A stretch of 64,000 nt of DNA from Pristiophorus japonicus (taxonomy: Eukaryota), in the NCBI RefSeq assembly GCF_044704955.1, contig NC_091995.1, positions 47,120,001 through 47,184,000 of the forward strand, in the 5' to 3' direction. Every line of letters begins with the position of its first letter. Position 1 is the stretch's first letter. Positions 11,284 through 25,339 of this stretch are shown in pieces. The translations under genes and the position numbers were made by a program. The notes beneath the pieces were generated by a model. It ran no database searches and was not told where the DNA came from. It saw only the letters and a list, made by a program, of their open reading frames with translations.

Positions 11284-14200
11284 ATCATCCTAAGCAGTAC
11301 CTCGGAGTCGAGGATGACTTGCATCCACACCAAAAATGAGTTCTCAAGTGCCTCAAGAGTCCAATGTGGGACCTCCAGTCTCTGTCACAGGTGGGGCAGA
11401 TGGTGGTTGAAGGAACGGGTGGGTCGGGTACCTCGGTTGCTGTGCACTCTTTCCGTTGTTGACGCTTTGTTCAGATTACTCTCGGTGAAGAGACTCGTGG
11501 TGTTCAGCGCCTTTGTGGATGCTTTTTCACCACTTTGGGCAGTCTTGGGCCAGGGATTCCCAGGAGTCGGTCGGGATGTTACATTTTTTCAGGGGGGCTT
11601 TGAGGGTGTCCTTGAAGCATTTTTGCTGCCCACCTGGCGCTCGCTTGTCATGTCGGAGTCCGAGTAGAGCACTTGTTTTGGGAGTCTCGTGTCAGGCGTG
11701 CAGATTATTTAGCCTGTTCAATGAGCTGATCGAACGTAGTCAGTGTATCAATGCTGGGAATGTTGGCCTGAGTGAGAACACTGACGTTGGTGAGCCTATC
11801 CTGCCAATGGATTTGCGGTATCTTGCGGAGGCAGCATTGGTGGTACTTCTCCAGTGTTTTGAGGTGCCTGCTGTACATAGTCCATGTGTCTGAGCCATAT
11901 AGGAGGGCGGGTATCACCACTGCTCTGTAGACGATGCGCTTGATGCCGGGTTTGCGGACCTGGTCGTCAAACACTCTCTTCCTCAGGCGATGAAGGGTCA
12001 ACTGGCACACAGTTGTTGATGTCTGCCCTTATTGACAGTAGGCTCTCAAGGTATGGAAAATGGTCCACGTTGTCCAAGGCCTCGTCATGGATTTTTATAA
12101 CGGCGGGTCGCAGTGCTGTGTGGCTGGGACAGGTTGGTAGAGGACCTTTGCCTTACGGATGTTTAATGTAAGGCCCATGCTCTCATACACCTCAGTGACG
12201 TTGTTGATGATGGCATGGAATTTGGCCTCCAAGCGTCGTGTGCATATTCTAATTTGATGATGGACGATGGGACGACTTTGGATCTGAACTGGAGGCGGCG
12301 GAGGCTGAACCGATTCCTGTTTATCCTGTAATTTAGCTTCACTCCAGTGAGGGTGAGATGGAGCATTCCAGCAAGGAAGATCGAGAAAAGCGTTGGTGCG
12401 ATGACACAACCCTGCTTGACCCCAGTCCAAATGTGAAATGAGTCTGTGATGGATCCATTGGTCAGGATCATGGCGTGTATGTCATCGTGGAGCAGGTGGA
12501 GTATGGTGGCAAACTTTTGAGGGCAGCTGAATCCGATAAGAACACTCCATAATCCCTCACAGTTGAATGTCGAAAGCTTTTGTGAGGTCAAAGAAGGCCA
12601 TGAGCAAGGGTTGGTGCTGTTCCCTGCATTTTTCTTGTATCTGCCGCTTGGTGCAGATCATGTCCATTGTGCCCCTTAGTGGGTAGAATCCACATTGTGA
12701 CTCTGGGAAGAGCTCTTCAGCCACAGGAACAAGGTGATTCAGGAGGATTATTGCTATGGTCAACAGCAGGGAGATTCCTCTGTAGTTACCGTAGTCGGAC
12801 CTGTCACCTTTCTTGAAGATGGGCACGATTACAGCATCTCTGAGATCTCCTGGCATAATCTCCTCCTTCCAGATAAGAGAGATGAGGTCATCGAACCACA
12901 CCAGTAGTGCTTCTCTGCCATTTTTCAGTGCTTTGGCGGGGATTCTATCTGCTCCTGATGACTTGATGTTTTTCACTTGTCGGATGGCCTTTTCAACCTC
13001 GTGGTTGAGCTGAGATGGTGGCAGGTAGCATGCTGTGGAATAGAATCGAGGACACTCACCTCGAAGGCAGAGTCTCGGTTGAGGAGATCCTCGAAGTGCT
13101 CCTTCCAGCACTGACTGACTCTCAGTCCTTCATGAGCACTTCTCTGTTCTTTTCCAGTAGTGGGGTAGGGTGTTGGGTGCTTGGGCCGTAGGTCGTCTTG
13201 ACTACGCTGAAGAAACCTCACATATCATGGTTGTCAGCTAGCTGCTGGATTTCTTGAGCTTTCTCCACCCACCATCTGTTCTTTAGGTTGTGGATTTTCT
13301 GTTGGACCTCGGTCTTCAGATTTAGATGAGGGGATTAAATGTAGTATCTCCAAATTTGCGGATGACACTAAGTTGGGTGGCAGTGTGAGCTGCGAGGAGG
13401 ATGCCATGAGGCTGCAGAGTGACTTGGATAGGTTAAGTGAGTGGGCAAATGCATGGCAGATGAAGTATAATGTGGATAAATGTGAGGTTATCCACTTTTG
13501 TGGTAAAAACAGAGAGACAGACTATTATCTGAATGGGGACAGATTAGGAAAAGGGGAGGTGCAACAAGACCTGGGTGTCATGGTACATCAGTCATTGAAG
13601 GTTGGCATGCAGGTACAGCAGGCGGTTAAGAAAGCAAATGGCATGTTGGCCTTCATAGCGAGGGGATTTGAGTACAGGGGCAGGGAGGTGTTGCTACTGT
13701 TGTAAAGGGCCTTGGTGAGGCCACACCTGGAGTATTGTGTACAGTTTTGGTCTCCTAACTTGAGGAAGGACATTCTTGCTATTGAGGGAGTGCAGCGAAG
13801 GTTCACCAGACTGATTCCCGGGATGGCGGGACTGACCTATCAAGAAAGACTGGATCAACTGGCTTTGTATTCACTGTAGTTCAGAAGAGTGAGAGGGGAC
13901 CTCATAGAAACGTTTAAAATTCTGATGGGTTTAGACAGGTTAGATGCAGGAAGAATGTTCCCAATGTTGGGGAAGTCCAGAACCAAGGGTCACAGTCTAA
14001 GGATAAGGGGTAAGCCATTTAGGACCGAGATGAGGAGAAACTTCTTCACCCACAGAGTGGTGAACCTGTGGAATTCTCGACCACAGAAAGTTGTTGAGGC
14101 CAATTCACTAAATATATTCAAAAAGGAGTTAGATGAAGTCCTTACTACTCGGGGGATCAAGGGGTATGGCGAGAAACCAGGAATGGGGTACTGAAGTTGC

Positions 14201-15500
14201 ATGTTCAGCCATGAACTCATTGAATGGCGGTGCAGGCTAGAAGGGCCGAATGGCCTACTCCTGCACCTATTTTCTATGTTTCTATATTTCTATCTGTAGA
14301 GCTGCTTTCTTGCCCTCGTGTTGTGCTGCTGCTTCCAGTCCAACAATGCCTTGCACTTGTGGCATGTTAAATCCTGGATCTCCTGGTTGTCCTCGTCAAA
14401 CCAGTCTTGGTGTTTTCTGGTCGACTGACTGAGTGCCACTTCAAAGGTGCTAATTCTGGAAGCCTTGACATTAGACCAGGTGCTGTAGATACACTGCATC
14501 TCTGGGTCACTGGGAGTCATCAGGTTGGTAGTGAGGCACTGGCAGAATATGGCTTTCTTCGCAGGATCTGTGAGTGCTCCGTCATTGATGTTCCTGCAGC
14601 ATTTTCCTGTGGTATTGTTTCATTGCAGTCAATGTTTTGGGGCAATGTTGATGGTAACGACAGAATGAATTAGGTTGTGGTCTGTCCAGGAGTCGTCAGC
14701 TCCTGTTATGGGAGGTGTGATGTACACATCTTTGTGGTCTCTCACACGGATGATGATGTAATCTGACAGATGCCAGTGCTTAGAGCGAGGGTGTTGCCAT
14801 GATGCTTTATATTTGTCCTTCTGATGGAACAGGGTATTGGTTATGAAAAGGCCGTGTTATAGGCATTTCGTCAGGAGGAGGTTTCCATTGGAGTTGGCTT
14901 TCCCTACCCCCTCTCTGCCGATCACTCCTCGGCAGAGTTTTGTGTCCTTTCCAACTCTGGTGTTGAAGTCACCAAGGAGGATCAGCTTGTCGCACATTGA
15001 GACTTGGGACAGGGATTGTTCGAGGCTGGAGTAGAATTCCTCTTTCGTCTCGTCTGTAGCTTCCAGTGTTGTGGCGTATGTGCTGAGGATTGTAGTGCAC
15101 TGGTTCCAGGCTAGGGTGAGCTGAGGAGTCATGAGGCATTCTGGGAGTCTCTGAGATGGCCCACTAGCTCGATTTTTACAGCGAAGCTAACCCCATGGAG
15201 GCAGCGCTCTGCTTGTGGTTTGCCTTTCCAGACGAAGATGTAGCCACCACCTTGTTCTTTTAGCTGGCCTTCCCCTGCTCACCGGGTCCCATTTAGGGCA
15301 GCGATGTCACTGTTAAAGCGCCCAAGTTCCAAGGCAATGACAGCAGTGCAGCATTACAGTCTTTTGCTGTTAGGGTTGCCCATTCCTGATGTTCCAGGTC
15401 CTGAACTTCATTTTAATGTGTGGAAGATGCCTGTGCATGAATTATTTTAACATGCGGTGGCCGTTGCACACCAGCTACCACACACACTGGACTGAACACG
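11284..15500 (-). mobile_element. RTE-clade LINE (degenerate, near full length), interrupted by CR1
   Basis: Endonuclease pieces (LILLGDFNTRVG, 14857-15132), RT pieces (NYRGISLL, ESQCGF, AFFDLTKAFD, GVKQGCVIAPTLF), C-terminal YRAVVIPALLYGSDTWT; RTE-type 3' end near 11284. Confidence 0.9.
13321..14290 (+). mobile_element. 5'-truncated CR1 nested in the RTE element
   Basis: SKFADDTKLGG onward, ORFs 13373-13705 and 13889-14194, tttctatg tail; RTE sequence resumes immediately after. Confidence 0.9.
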
Positions 15501-15734
15501 GTCTTGTTTCAGTGGCAATGTGATCCAACATGACTGGAGACGTTGCACTGCTGTACAGGCCTAGTTCATACACACACGCATACTCCTACTGTCAGCTGAG
15601 CTGCTTCTGGGTCACGACCCCGCTGCTGGTCTACACTGCGCAGCTCCTGGGCCACGACCCTATTGCTCACGGCTTCCAACCTCCAGGCCTCCAACCTCCG
15701 GGCCGCCACCTGCCTTACAAACTCTGGGCTTTCG

Positions 15735-16165
15735 CTGTCCTCCGACCTCCTGCTGCCCTCTGACCTTGCTGTCCTCCGACCTCCCGCTGCCCTCCGACCT
15801 CTGCATTCTCGCTATCCTTCACCTCCTGCTGTCCTCCGACCTCTGGGCTCCCGCTGTCCTCTGACCTCCCGCTGTCCTCCGACCTCGCGCTGTCCTCCAT
15901 CCTCCGGGCTCCCACTGTCCTACGACCTCCCGCTGTCCTCCGACCTCCCACTGTCCTCTGACCTATTGCTGTCCTCCAACCCTCAGGTTCCCACTGTCCT
16001 CTGACCTCCCACTGTCCTCCAACCTCCCGCTGTCCTCTGTCCTCCGACCTCCCACTGTCCTCTGACCTCTGCACTCTCGCTATCCTCTGAGAACCCACTT
16101 TCATCCGACCTCCTGCTGTCCTCCATCCTCTGGGCTTCCACTGTCCTCCGAACTCCCGCTGTTGT
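15735..16165. repeat. Degenerate ~18-bp tandem repeat (ctgtcctccgacctcccg)n
   Basis: About 20 imperfect copies visible; explains the low-complexity ORFs 15663-16004 and 15715-16104. Confidence 0.85.
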
Positions 16166-16625
16166 TGCGCTGGGGCTCTCCTCCTTTATAGCTCCCGCTC
16201 AGCTCCTGCTCCGCTGCTATTTCCCCTCAGGTCGGCTCCTGCCGATGGTGCGCTGGGTCCAGGGGCTCTCCTTCTTTATAGCTCCCGCTCCGCTGCTGTT
16301 TGCACCGGTCAGCTCCTGTAATATATAACTATATATAACATATTAAGAGCCTCAGTGCTACAGGTGAGATCGAAGAGCATTCAGATACACACAGAAAGTG
16401 ATATAGTGAGTTGTATACAGCTGATCAGCCCCACAGAAAATCAGCAGGTTAAGATTTCTGGAAGTATTAACAGACCTTGCGTGCAGCTAAAAGAGAGATT
16501 AACAGTTCGATGGACATTTGTCCCCTCGAATGAATAAACCCTCTACAACGCTTAGCCGCACATGATCATGACATTTTTTCTAAGTTCCATTATACCATAG
16601 TAGTAATGACATTAACTATGCAGAT

Positions 16626-16750
16626 CATAAGAACATAAGAGGATAAGAAATAGGAGCAGGAGTAGGCCATTGGGCCCCTCGAGCCTGCTCCACCATTCAA
16701 TAAGATCACGGCTAATCTGGTCATGGATTCAGCTGCACTTCCCTGTCCGT
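16626..16750 (-). mobile_element. CR1 3' end fragment
   Basis: (CATAAGAA)n tail plus ggagcaggagtaggccatt..cccctcgagcctgctccaccattcaataagatca. Confidence 0.8.
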
Positions 16751-17282
16751 CATCAGTATGTGTAAAAATATTCATCATGTAATATTTATGGGGTATTCTT
16801 TGTATTTGTGCGTGCCTTTGTTTGAAAATTAATTGAGCAGAAAAGTAACCATTTGTGTGTTGAGGAGGACAGCCGGTCTGGTTGGAATGTGAATACACAT
16901 GAATTGACATTCGGTGATTTTAATCTGCCTGTTTGGTGAACAGTTAAAGCATCTCGTATTGGAAGGGGCAAGTATTTAAATATATTAAAACAATGCCGCA
17001 TCAATTCTGAACTCTGACAACTTTCCATTTTGTTGAATTTAAGGGATTCACTGTTTGCTGAAGACATTCAACTACACACATCACATCTCAGGTTTTTCAT
17101 GACTTTCGTTCTGACTGTAGATCTGAAATGCTGGACACAAACGGAAGAGAAAATAATGGTTGGCACAGTGCAAAAGCGGAAAATAGCATCTCTTGTAGAC
17201 TCTGTTTTAAATCCAGGGAGGGAAAGTGAGTGGCATGCGTGTCTAGGAGCGTCAGTAGGCAGTCTTCGCAAATTTTATGGTA

Positions 17283-17600
17283 TGGTAGCATCGTGGTTAT
17301 TTTACTGGAATAGTAATTCAGATCCCTCGTGTAATGATCGAAGGACGTGAGGTCAAAACCCACCATGGCAGCTGGGGAATTTAAATGCAGTTAATTAAAT
17401 AAATCTGGAATAAAACTTTGTATCAGTAATGGCGACCATGAGACTATCTTATTGTCAGAAAAACACATCTGGTTCAATAATGTCCTTTAGGGAATAAAAT
17501 CTTCTGACATTACCTGTTATGGCCTATATGTGTCTCCAGACCCACAACAATGTGGTTTTCGCTCAGCTGTACTCTGAAATGGTCTAGAAAGCGACCACTT
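17283..17600 (+). mobile_element. tRNA-derived SINE (degenerate)
   Basis: A-box-like tggtagcatcgtgg and B-box-like gaggtcaaaaccc, followed by a body recognised from memory as a common chondrichthyan SINE. Confidence 0.55.
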
Positions 17601-18780
17601 CCTGGTGATGTCCTGTCGCACCGACAGAACGGACCCACCAGAGGTGGCGGCAAAGTGTTACTCAGCCGTGTGGGAGTGGTCCTTGCGGGTCTCAGCATTG
17701 ACTCTGGAACCTATAAAGGGAAAGCAGGAATGGGCTACTGAAGTTGCATGATCAGCCATGATGATATTGAATGGTGGTGCCGGCCGGCTCGAAGGAACGA
17801 ATGGCCTACTCCTGCACCTATTTTATATGTTTCTATGTTTCTAAGACGCATGGCTTCATGTTAAGCATGACCAATAAAACCTCAAGCTGATTAATACTTC
17901 CTGCCTTCTCTTTGCTGATGAATCAATACTCCTCCATGTTAAACGCCACTTGGAAGAAGCAGTGAGGGTTGTAAATGCACAGAATGTACTTTGCATAGGA
18001 GGACATCAATGCCCATCACTAAGATTGGCTGAGTAGAACCATTACTGGCCGAGACATAGATGCCAGCCTGGGAGGCGACAGGTGGTGTGAGTACCAACAC
18101 AAGGGAAAAACCTAGTTGACCTCGTCCTCACCAATCTACCTGTCACAGATGCATCTTTTCATGACAGTATTGGAAGGAGTGACCACTACACAGTACTTGT
18201 GGAGACCAAGTCCTGTCTTCACACTGAGGACACCCTTCCTTGTGCTGTGTGGCACTACCAATTGATAAATGGGATAGATACAGAACAGATCTACCAGCTA
18301 AAAACTGGGCACAAACGAGGTACTGTGGGTTTCACAGCAGCAGCAGAATTGTGCTCAACCACAAACTGTAACCTCATGGCCCGGCATATCCATCACTCCA
18401 GAATTACCATCATGCCATGGGCCAACTCTGGTTCAAAGAAGAGTGCCGAAGGCTATGCCAGAAGCAGCACCGGTCGTACCTATAAATGAGCTGCCAAATT
18501 GTGTCAGCTGCAACACAGACTACATGCATGCTAAAAGCGAAAGCAGAATGTTTTAAACAGAGCTAAGCAATCCCACAATCAATAGATCAGCTCAAAGCTC
18601 TGCTGTCCTGCCACATCCAGTTGTGAATGGTGATGGACCATTAAACAACTAATGGGAGGAGGAGTCTCCATGATTATCCACATCCTCAATAATGGCGGAC
18701 CCAGCATGTGAGTGCAAAAGACAAGGCTGAAGCATTTGCAGTGATCTTCAGCCAGAAGTGCCGCGTGGATGATCATCAGA
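17600..18780 (+). mobile_element. Divergent CR1-like LINE endonuclease region, with a CR1 3' tail inserted at ~17712-17843
   Basis: PGDVLSHRQNGPTRGGG (17550-17741) and later AP-endonuclease-type motifs (ctagttgacctcgtcctcacc, agtgaccac). Confidence 0.6.
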
Positions 18781-19539
18781 AAGAGCGAGCAGGCTTTGTG
18801 TTAGCCTTTTTATTCACATAAGGTACCTTGTCTCTCGACATAAGTTGATAAAGCCCCAGGATTGGTTCTTAGTTCCAGGGCATTCTTCATTGGCCTTCCT
18901 CAAACATGTGACTGTCTGGAAGAATTTGAGCCGTTCCTTGGTTAGGTTAATAGTTTTCCAATTAACTCCTTTTAGTTTCGATGCGTTTGTTTACCCCTAA
19001 AGATAAGCTCCTTTTGTTCCTTAAGCACCGCCCACAAGAGGCTTGAACTTGCTAACATGTTTTGTGCTTTTGAGTTCAAACCGCAGACTGTCGGAGTAAG
19101 CTGCAATTTTGACATTTATGGATAAACTTTGAATCAATATTATTATTAATATTACACATTTATTCTTACAGCCTGGGATACATTTCATCCTGGCTAGGCG
19201 ATTTATCTACTTTCAAAGAAGCTAAACATCTTAATACTTCCTCTTTGTCCATGTTTATCTCATCTAATATTTCATTGTCCTCTAATAGCTGATAAACCCC
19301 ACTCTTTTGTGACGATAGTATTCATTAATATTGTTATTTTGTGCCTGACTCGCTGAGTATTTCCAGGTCTGATCAATTACCAACATTGGCTGGAGTTTAC
19401 TGAGTTAACAAATAATTCACTGCAAACTAGACATACCTCTGTAGGTCAAGGTGAAAATATTAATCCGGAATGGTTAAAATATTTCTTAAACATATTGGCC
19501 TCTAAATTCCAGGACGTTGGACGATGGCAAGAAGATACA

Positions 19540-22500
19540 AGTTAGGGACCTGGAGTGGGAGGAATTCAGGAAGCTAGGAAGAAAATTAAAGGGTAGGACT
19601 TAAAAGGTCATAAAGTTACTACCGGCACCACGTGCTAAAGATTACCAGAATAGGATAGAGAGGATGAATACGTGGCTACAGAGTTGGTGTAGGAGGGAGG
19701 GCTTTAAATTCTTTGAGGCATTGGGACCGCTTCTGGGGGAGATGGGACCTGTAAAAACCTGATGGGTTACACCTCAACAGTGCTGGGACCAATAGTCTCA
19801 CGGGGTGCTTTGCTAGTGCTGTTGGGGAGAATTTAAAGTAGCTTGGCTGGGGGATGGGAACATGAGAACAAATTCAATAGGGAAGGAAGTAACGCAGAAA
19901 TTGGATAGCAAGAATCTAGAAAGCGAATCTGTAAGACAGAGGAAACCAGGCTTAGTACGTAGTAAGCAAGGAGGTCTTCCTGTGCTAAATGATACATACT
20001 TTAATGCAAGGAGTATAGTGAATAAGGCGGATGAGCTAAGAGCACAGGTAGATACTTGGGAGTATGACATTATAGCCATTACAGAAACATGGCTGAAAGA
20101 GGGACCGGTTTGGCAGATAAATATTCCTGGTTACTGGATTTTGAGACAAGACAGAGAGGGGGATAAAAAGGGGGTCGGCGGGGTGGGGGCGGGGGACGTC
20201 ATGGTACTGATTAAATACACTATTACAGCGGTGAGGAGGGATGATATGTCAGAGGGATCATCAAATGAGGCCATAAGGGTCGAATTGAAAAATAAAAAAG
20301 AGGCGATCACACTGCTGGGCGTGTATTATAGACCCCCAAGCAGTGGGAGGGAGATAGAGGAGTAAATATGTAGGCGAAGTGCTGTGAAGTCCAAAAACCA
20401 TAGGGTAGTAATAGTAGGGGATTTTAACTATCCCAATATTGATTGGGACAAATATAGTGTGAAGGGTATAGAGGGTGCGGAATTTTTGAAATGCATTCAA
20501 GAGAACTTTATTAGTCAGTATGTAGCAAGCCCAACATGAGAAAGGCGTTTTTGTATTGAGTTTTGGGGAATGAAGCTGGGCAGGTTGAGGGGTATTAGTG
20601 GGAGAGCACTTGGGTGCCAGTGACGATAATGCAGTCAGATTCAAATTGGTTATGGCTAAGGACAAGGATAAGCCTGGAATAAAAGTCCCGAATTGGGAAA
20701 AGTTAATTTTGCTAAATTAAGTAGTGATTTGGCTGCAGTGGACTGGAAACAGATACTTGTGGGTAAATCAGTGTGGAACAGTGGGAAACATTCAAGGAGG
20801 CGATCTGGTAGGCTCAGGCCAAATATGTGCCCTGAATGAAAAAGGGTGGGAATAATAATTCTGCTTGTCTCGGGACTTACAGTGGAGGATAAAGAAAAAT
20901 GGGATGCTTATTCATATACCAACGGCTAAATACTATATAATCTTTAAAGGAATATAGAAAGTTAAGAGGCAAAATTTAAAGTAATATTAGGAATGCTAAG
21001 ACAGAGCACAAAAAATTTCTGACTAGTAAAATTAAGGAAAACCCTAAGATGTTGTATAAATATATTAAGAGTACGAGGGTTACTAAAGAAAGGGAAGGGC
21101 CTATTAGAGACCACGAGTGTAATCTTTGTGTGGAGGCGGAAGATGTTGGTAAGGTTTTTAACAAATACTTTGCATCTCTTTTCACAAAGGAGAGGGGCAA
21201 TGCAGATACTGCTATCGAGGAGGAGTGTGATATTCTGGATGAAATAAATATAGTGAGAGAGGAAGTATTAAAGGTTTTAGCAGCTATGAAAGTAGATAAA
21301 TCCCCAGGCCCAGATGAAATGCATCTCAGGCTGTTGAGTGAAGTAAAAGAGGAAATAGCAGAGGCCTTGACCATTATTTTCCAGTACTCTTTGGATTTGG
21401 GCATGGTGCCGGAGGATTGGAGGACTGCTAATGTAGTACCCTTGTTTAAGAAGGGAGGAAGGGATAGGCCGAGTAATTACAGGCCTGTCAGCCTAACCTC
21501 ACTGGTGGGAAAATTATTTGAAAAAATCCTGAAAGACAGGATAAATCTACATTTGGAAAGGCAAGGATGAATTAGGGACAGTCAGCACAGTTTTGTTAAC
21601 TGTAAGATCGTGATTGACTAAACTTTTTTGAGGAGCTAACCAAGAGGGTCGGTGAGGCTCGTGCAAAGGATGTAGCGCCTTTGGACTTTAGCAAAGCTTT
21701 TGATAAGGTCCCACATGGTAGACTGGTGACGAAGGTTAAAGCCAATGGGATTCAGGGCAAAATGGCATGTTGGATCCAAAATTGGCTTAGAGGTAGGAAG
21801 CAAAGGGTAATGGTTGATGAATATTTTTGTGATTGGACGGATGTTTCCAGTTGGATTCCGCAGAGCTCAGTACTGGGTCCCTTGCTTTTTGTCATATATA
21901 TCAACGCTTTAGGTTTGAAAATATGGAGTAGAATCAAGAAGTTTGCAGACAACACTAAATTTGGTTGTGTGATTGATAATGAAGAAGAAAGTCATGGGCT
22001 GAAGGAGGATATCAATCTACTGGTCAGTTGGGCAGAGCAGTGGCAAAAGGAATTTAACTCAGAGAAGTGTGAGGTAATGCACTTTAGGAGGGCTAATAAG
22101 GAAAGCGTATACACATGAAGTGGTAGGCCACTTAATAGTGTAGATGAACAAAGGGACCTTGGCGTGCTTGTCCACAGATCCAGGAAAATAGCAGGCAAGG
22201 TGGATAAGATGGTTTAGAAGGCATACGGAATGCTTGCCTTTATTAGCCGAGGCATAAAATATAAGAGCAGAGCGGTTATGCTTAAATTGTATAATACTTT
22301 GGTTAGGCCCCAGCTGGAGTACTGCGTGCAGTTCTGTTCGCCGTATTATGGGAAGGACGTGATTGCACTAAAGAGGGTGCAGAGGAGAATTACTAGGATG
22401 CTGCCTGGAATGGAGAATCTTAGTTATGAGTACAGGTTGGATAGGCTGGGTTTGTTCTCATTGGACAGTGGAGGTTGACCTTCAGGGCTGCTGACTGAGG

Positions 22501-22582
22501 GCCGTGCGGCTCTTTGTCGGACACGATGGGCTGAAATGGCCTCCTTCTGTGCTGTGAATTTCTATGTTTCTTCTATGTTTCT
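19540..22582 (+). mobile_element. CR1 LINE (ORF1 end, EN, RT, 3' tail), degenerate
   Basis: YFNARSIVNK...IAITETWL (EN), DFSKAFDKVPH and KKFADNTK (RT), ttctatgt tail; carries an unoccupied Tx1 target site tgtccacaga at 22169-22178. Confidence 0.9.
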
Positions 22583-23571
22583 AATTGGAGAATAAGAGAG
22601 TTTTTCCAAGCGGTAGCTGTTTTTTATATTGTTAAATTCCGACGGAAGGGCAGGTGCAGGAAGCATCGATTGATGTAATGTGACTTAAAGAGATGGGACC
22701 GATTGGGATGGAAAACCCTGCACCAGGACATTAATTCCATCCCGCAAATTCCATGGAGCGTGGATTTTCAGGACTAATGTCAACTTCCTGAAGGCAAGCA
22801 ATGGCAGACTGATCGTTTGAAATTGTACGCTGTCTCCCCAGAAACTGGCAGCATTTCACTTTAATTTTATTTTTTATCAAACATCTCCCCTCCTCCAAGG
22901 CAACGAAAGCACGACAATGTAACTGTCCTGGGCTTTTGTGTGCACAGAGAAACATACTTTGTGCAGACATATATCCACTTTGTGTACATTACATTACCCC
23001 GAGGATGTCAATGTTGGGCCAGACTTGCAGCCAGAAATGTCACCCACCAGATGTTCAGCGGTGGAGCAGAACATGAGTAACCTCGAGCCGAAACGTTTAA
23101 CTTAACAGTCAAGCAGTATAAATAGGGCACCTGTTTCTTAATGGCCACGCCTATTACGTCCCACCAAGCTTGCCTGAGCTTCTTGTTACACCTGAACGAC
23201 AATGAGGAAGGGAAACTCTCTCACACAGGATCTGCTTCACCAGGGCTGTTCCATCCTCCACATGGACACCTGTAACTAACAGTCAACAACATCCTCCATA
23301 TTTAAGTCCCTGGCTCATTCTAGTCGAACGTCAGCTAATGAGCTAACCATGGACATATCAAAAAGCTGAGAGCACCATCATTCAGCACGGCCAGCAATTT
23401 AAGTCCTTTCTCAATGAGGAGCAACGTGAGAATGACATAGCTCATCAATCTTGCTGCAGTTCTACACTGGCTAAATAATAGTAGAAGATCGAAGGCACAT
23501 GTGTGGCCAGCAGGGTCCTGCTTCTTCTATGACACCACATCGGGTCTGTTCTCACCTTTTCACTTGCCTTA

Positions 23572-25020
23572 CATAAGAACATAAGAACATAAGAAATAGG
23601 AACAGCAGTAGGCCATACGGCCCCTCGAGCGTGCTCCGCCATTCAATAAGATCATGGCTGATCTGATCATGAACTCAGCTCCACTTCCCTGCCCATTCCC
23701 CATAGCCCCTTATTCCCTTATCGTTCAAGAAACTGTCTATTTCTGTCAAGTGTATTCAATGTCCCAGCTTTCACAACTCTCTGAGGCAGAAAACTCCACA
23801 GATTTACAACCCTCCGAGAGAAGACATTCCTCCTCATCTCTGTTTTAAATGGGCGACCCATTATTCTAAGATTATGCCCTCTAGTTCTAGTCTCCCCCAT
23901 CAGTGGAAACATCCTCTCAGCATCCACCTTGTCAAGCCCCCTCATAATCTTATACGCTTTGATAAGATTGGCTCTCATTCTTCTGAATTCCGTTGAGTAG
24001 AGCCTCAACCAACTCATCCGTTCCTCATAAGTCAACACCCTCATCCCCGGAATCAACCTAGTTAACCTTCTCTGAACTGCCTCCAAAGCAAGTATATCCC
24101 TTCCTAAATATGGAAACCAAAACTGCACGCAATATTTCAGGTGTGGCCTGACCAATACCTTGGATAGCTGTCGCAAGACTTCGCTGCTTTTATACTCCAT
24201 CCCCTTTGCAATAAAGGCCAAGATACCTTTGGCCTTCCTGCTCAACTGCTGTACCTGCATACTACTCTTTTTTGTTTCATGTACAAGTACCCCCAGGTCC
24301 CGCTGTACTGTAGCACTTTACAATCTTTCTCCATTTAAATAATAGCTGGTTTTTGATTTTTTTTCTGCCAAAGTGCATGAGCTCACACTTTCCAACATTA
24401 TACCACATCTGCCAAATTTTTGCCCACTCACTTAGCCTGTCTAAGTCCTTTTACAGATTTGTGTCCCCTATTCACACATTGCTTTTCCTCCCATCTTTGT
24501 ATTGTCAGCAAACTTGGCTACGTTACACTCAGTCCCTTCTTCCAAGTCGTTAATATAGATTGTAAATAGTTGGTGTCCCAGCACTGATCCCTGTGGCACC
24601 CCACTAGTTACTGGTTGCCAACAAGAGAAGGAACCGATTATCCCGACTCTCTGTTCTCTGTTAGTTAGCCATTCCTCTATCCATGCTAATATATTACCCC
24701 CAACCCCGTGAAAATTTATCTTGTGCAGTAACATTTTATGTGGCTGCTTGTCAAATGCCTTCTGGAAGTCCAAATACACCACACCCATTGGTTCCCCTTT
24801 ATCCACCCTGTTCATTACATCCTCAAAGAACTCCTGCAAATTTGTCAAACATTACTTCCCCTTCATAAATCCATGCTAACTCTGCCTGACCGAATTTTCC
24901 TTATCCAAATGTCCTGCTACTGCTTCTTTAATAATGGACTCCAACATTTTCCCAACCACAGATGTTAGGCTAACTGGTCTATAGTTTTCTGCTTTCTGTC
25001 TGCCTCCTTTTTTAAATGCC
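23572..25020 (-). mobile_element. 5'-truncated CR1 LINE
   Basis: (CATAAGAA)n tail; ORFs 23718-24260 and 24468-24848 ([27 protein letters not shown]). Confidence 0.9.
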
Positions 25021-25339
25021 TTGCCTTCACTCAAGCTAACTCAAAGCATCCTCCATTAAACAGTAGATGTGCTGGTGAGTGCGACTCATAGCAGTACTTT
25101 CTCGTCTTCTCCGCTTTTGTGTTAACCTGGTGCAGACATTCCCCCCCCTCACCCCTCCACAAATACTCCCCAACACCCTGACATGGAAACTGCTAGATTT
25201 TTATTCCTATGATTTCAACGGAATGAAGAGCAGATGGCTTCTACAATGTACAACTGCTAAGTTAGAGTACTATTTCGACTATGAGGACCCAAATTGTTGT
25301 ATCTCCGTTTCTAAATCCAAAGCGACAGAATATATGGTA

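Noticed and set aside
15663-16104. Repetitive ORFs on both strands
   Set aside because: Products of the 18-bp tandem array.
18790-19140. Possible LTR remnant
   Set aside because: No TG..CA ends, second copy, primer-binding site or TSD could be identified.
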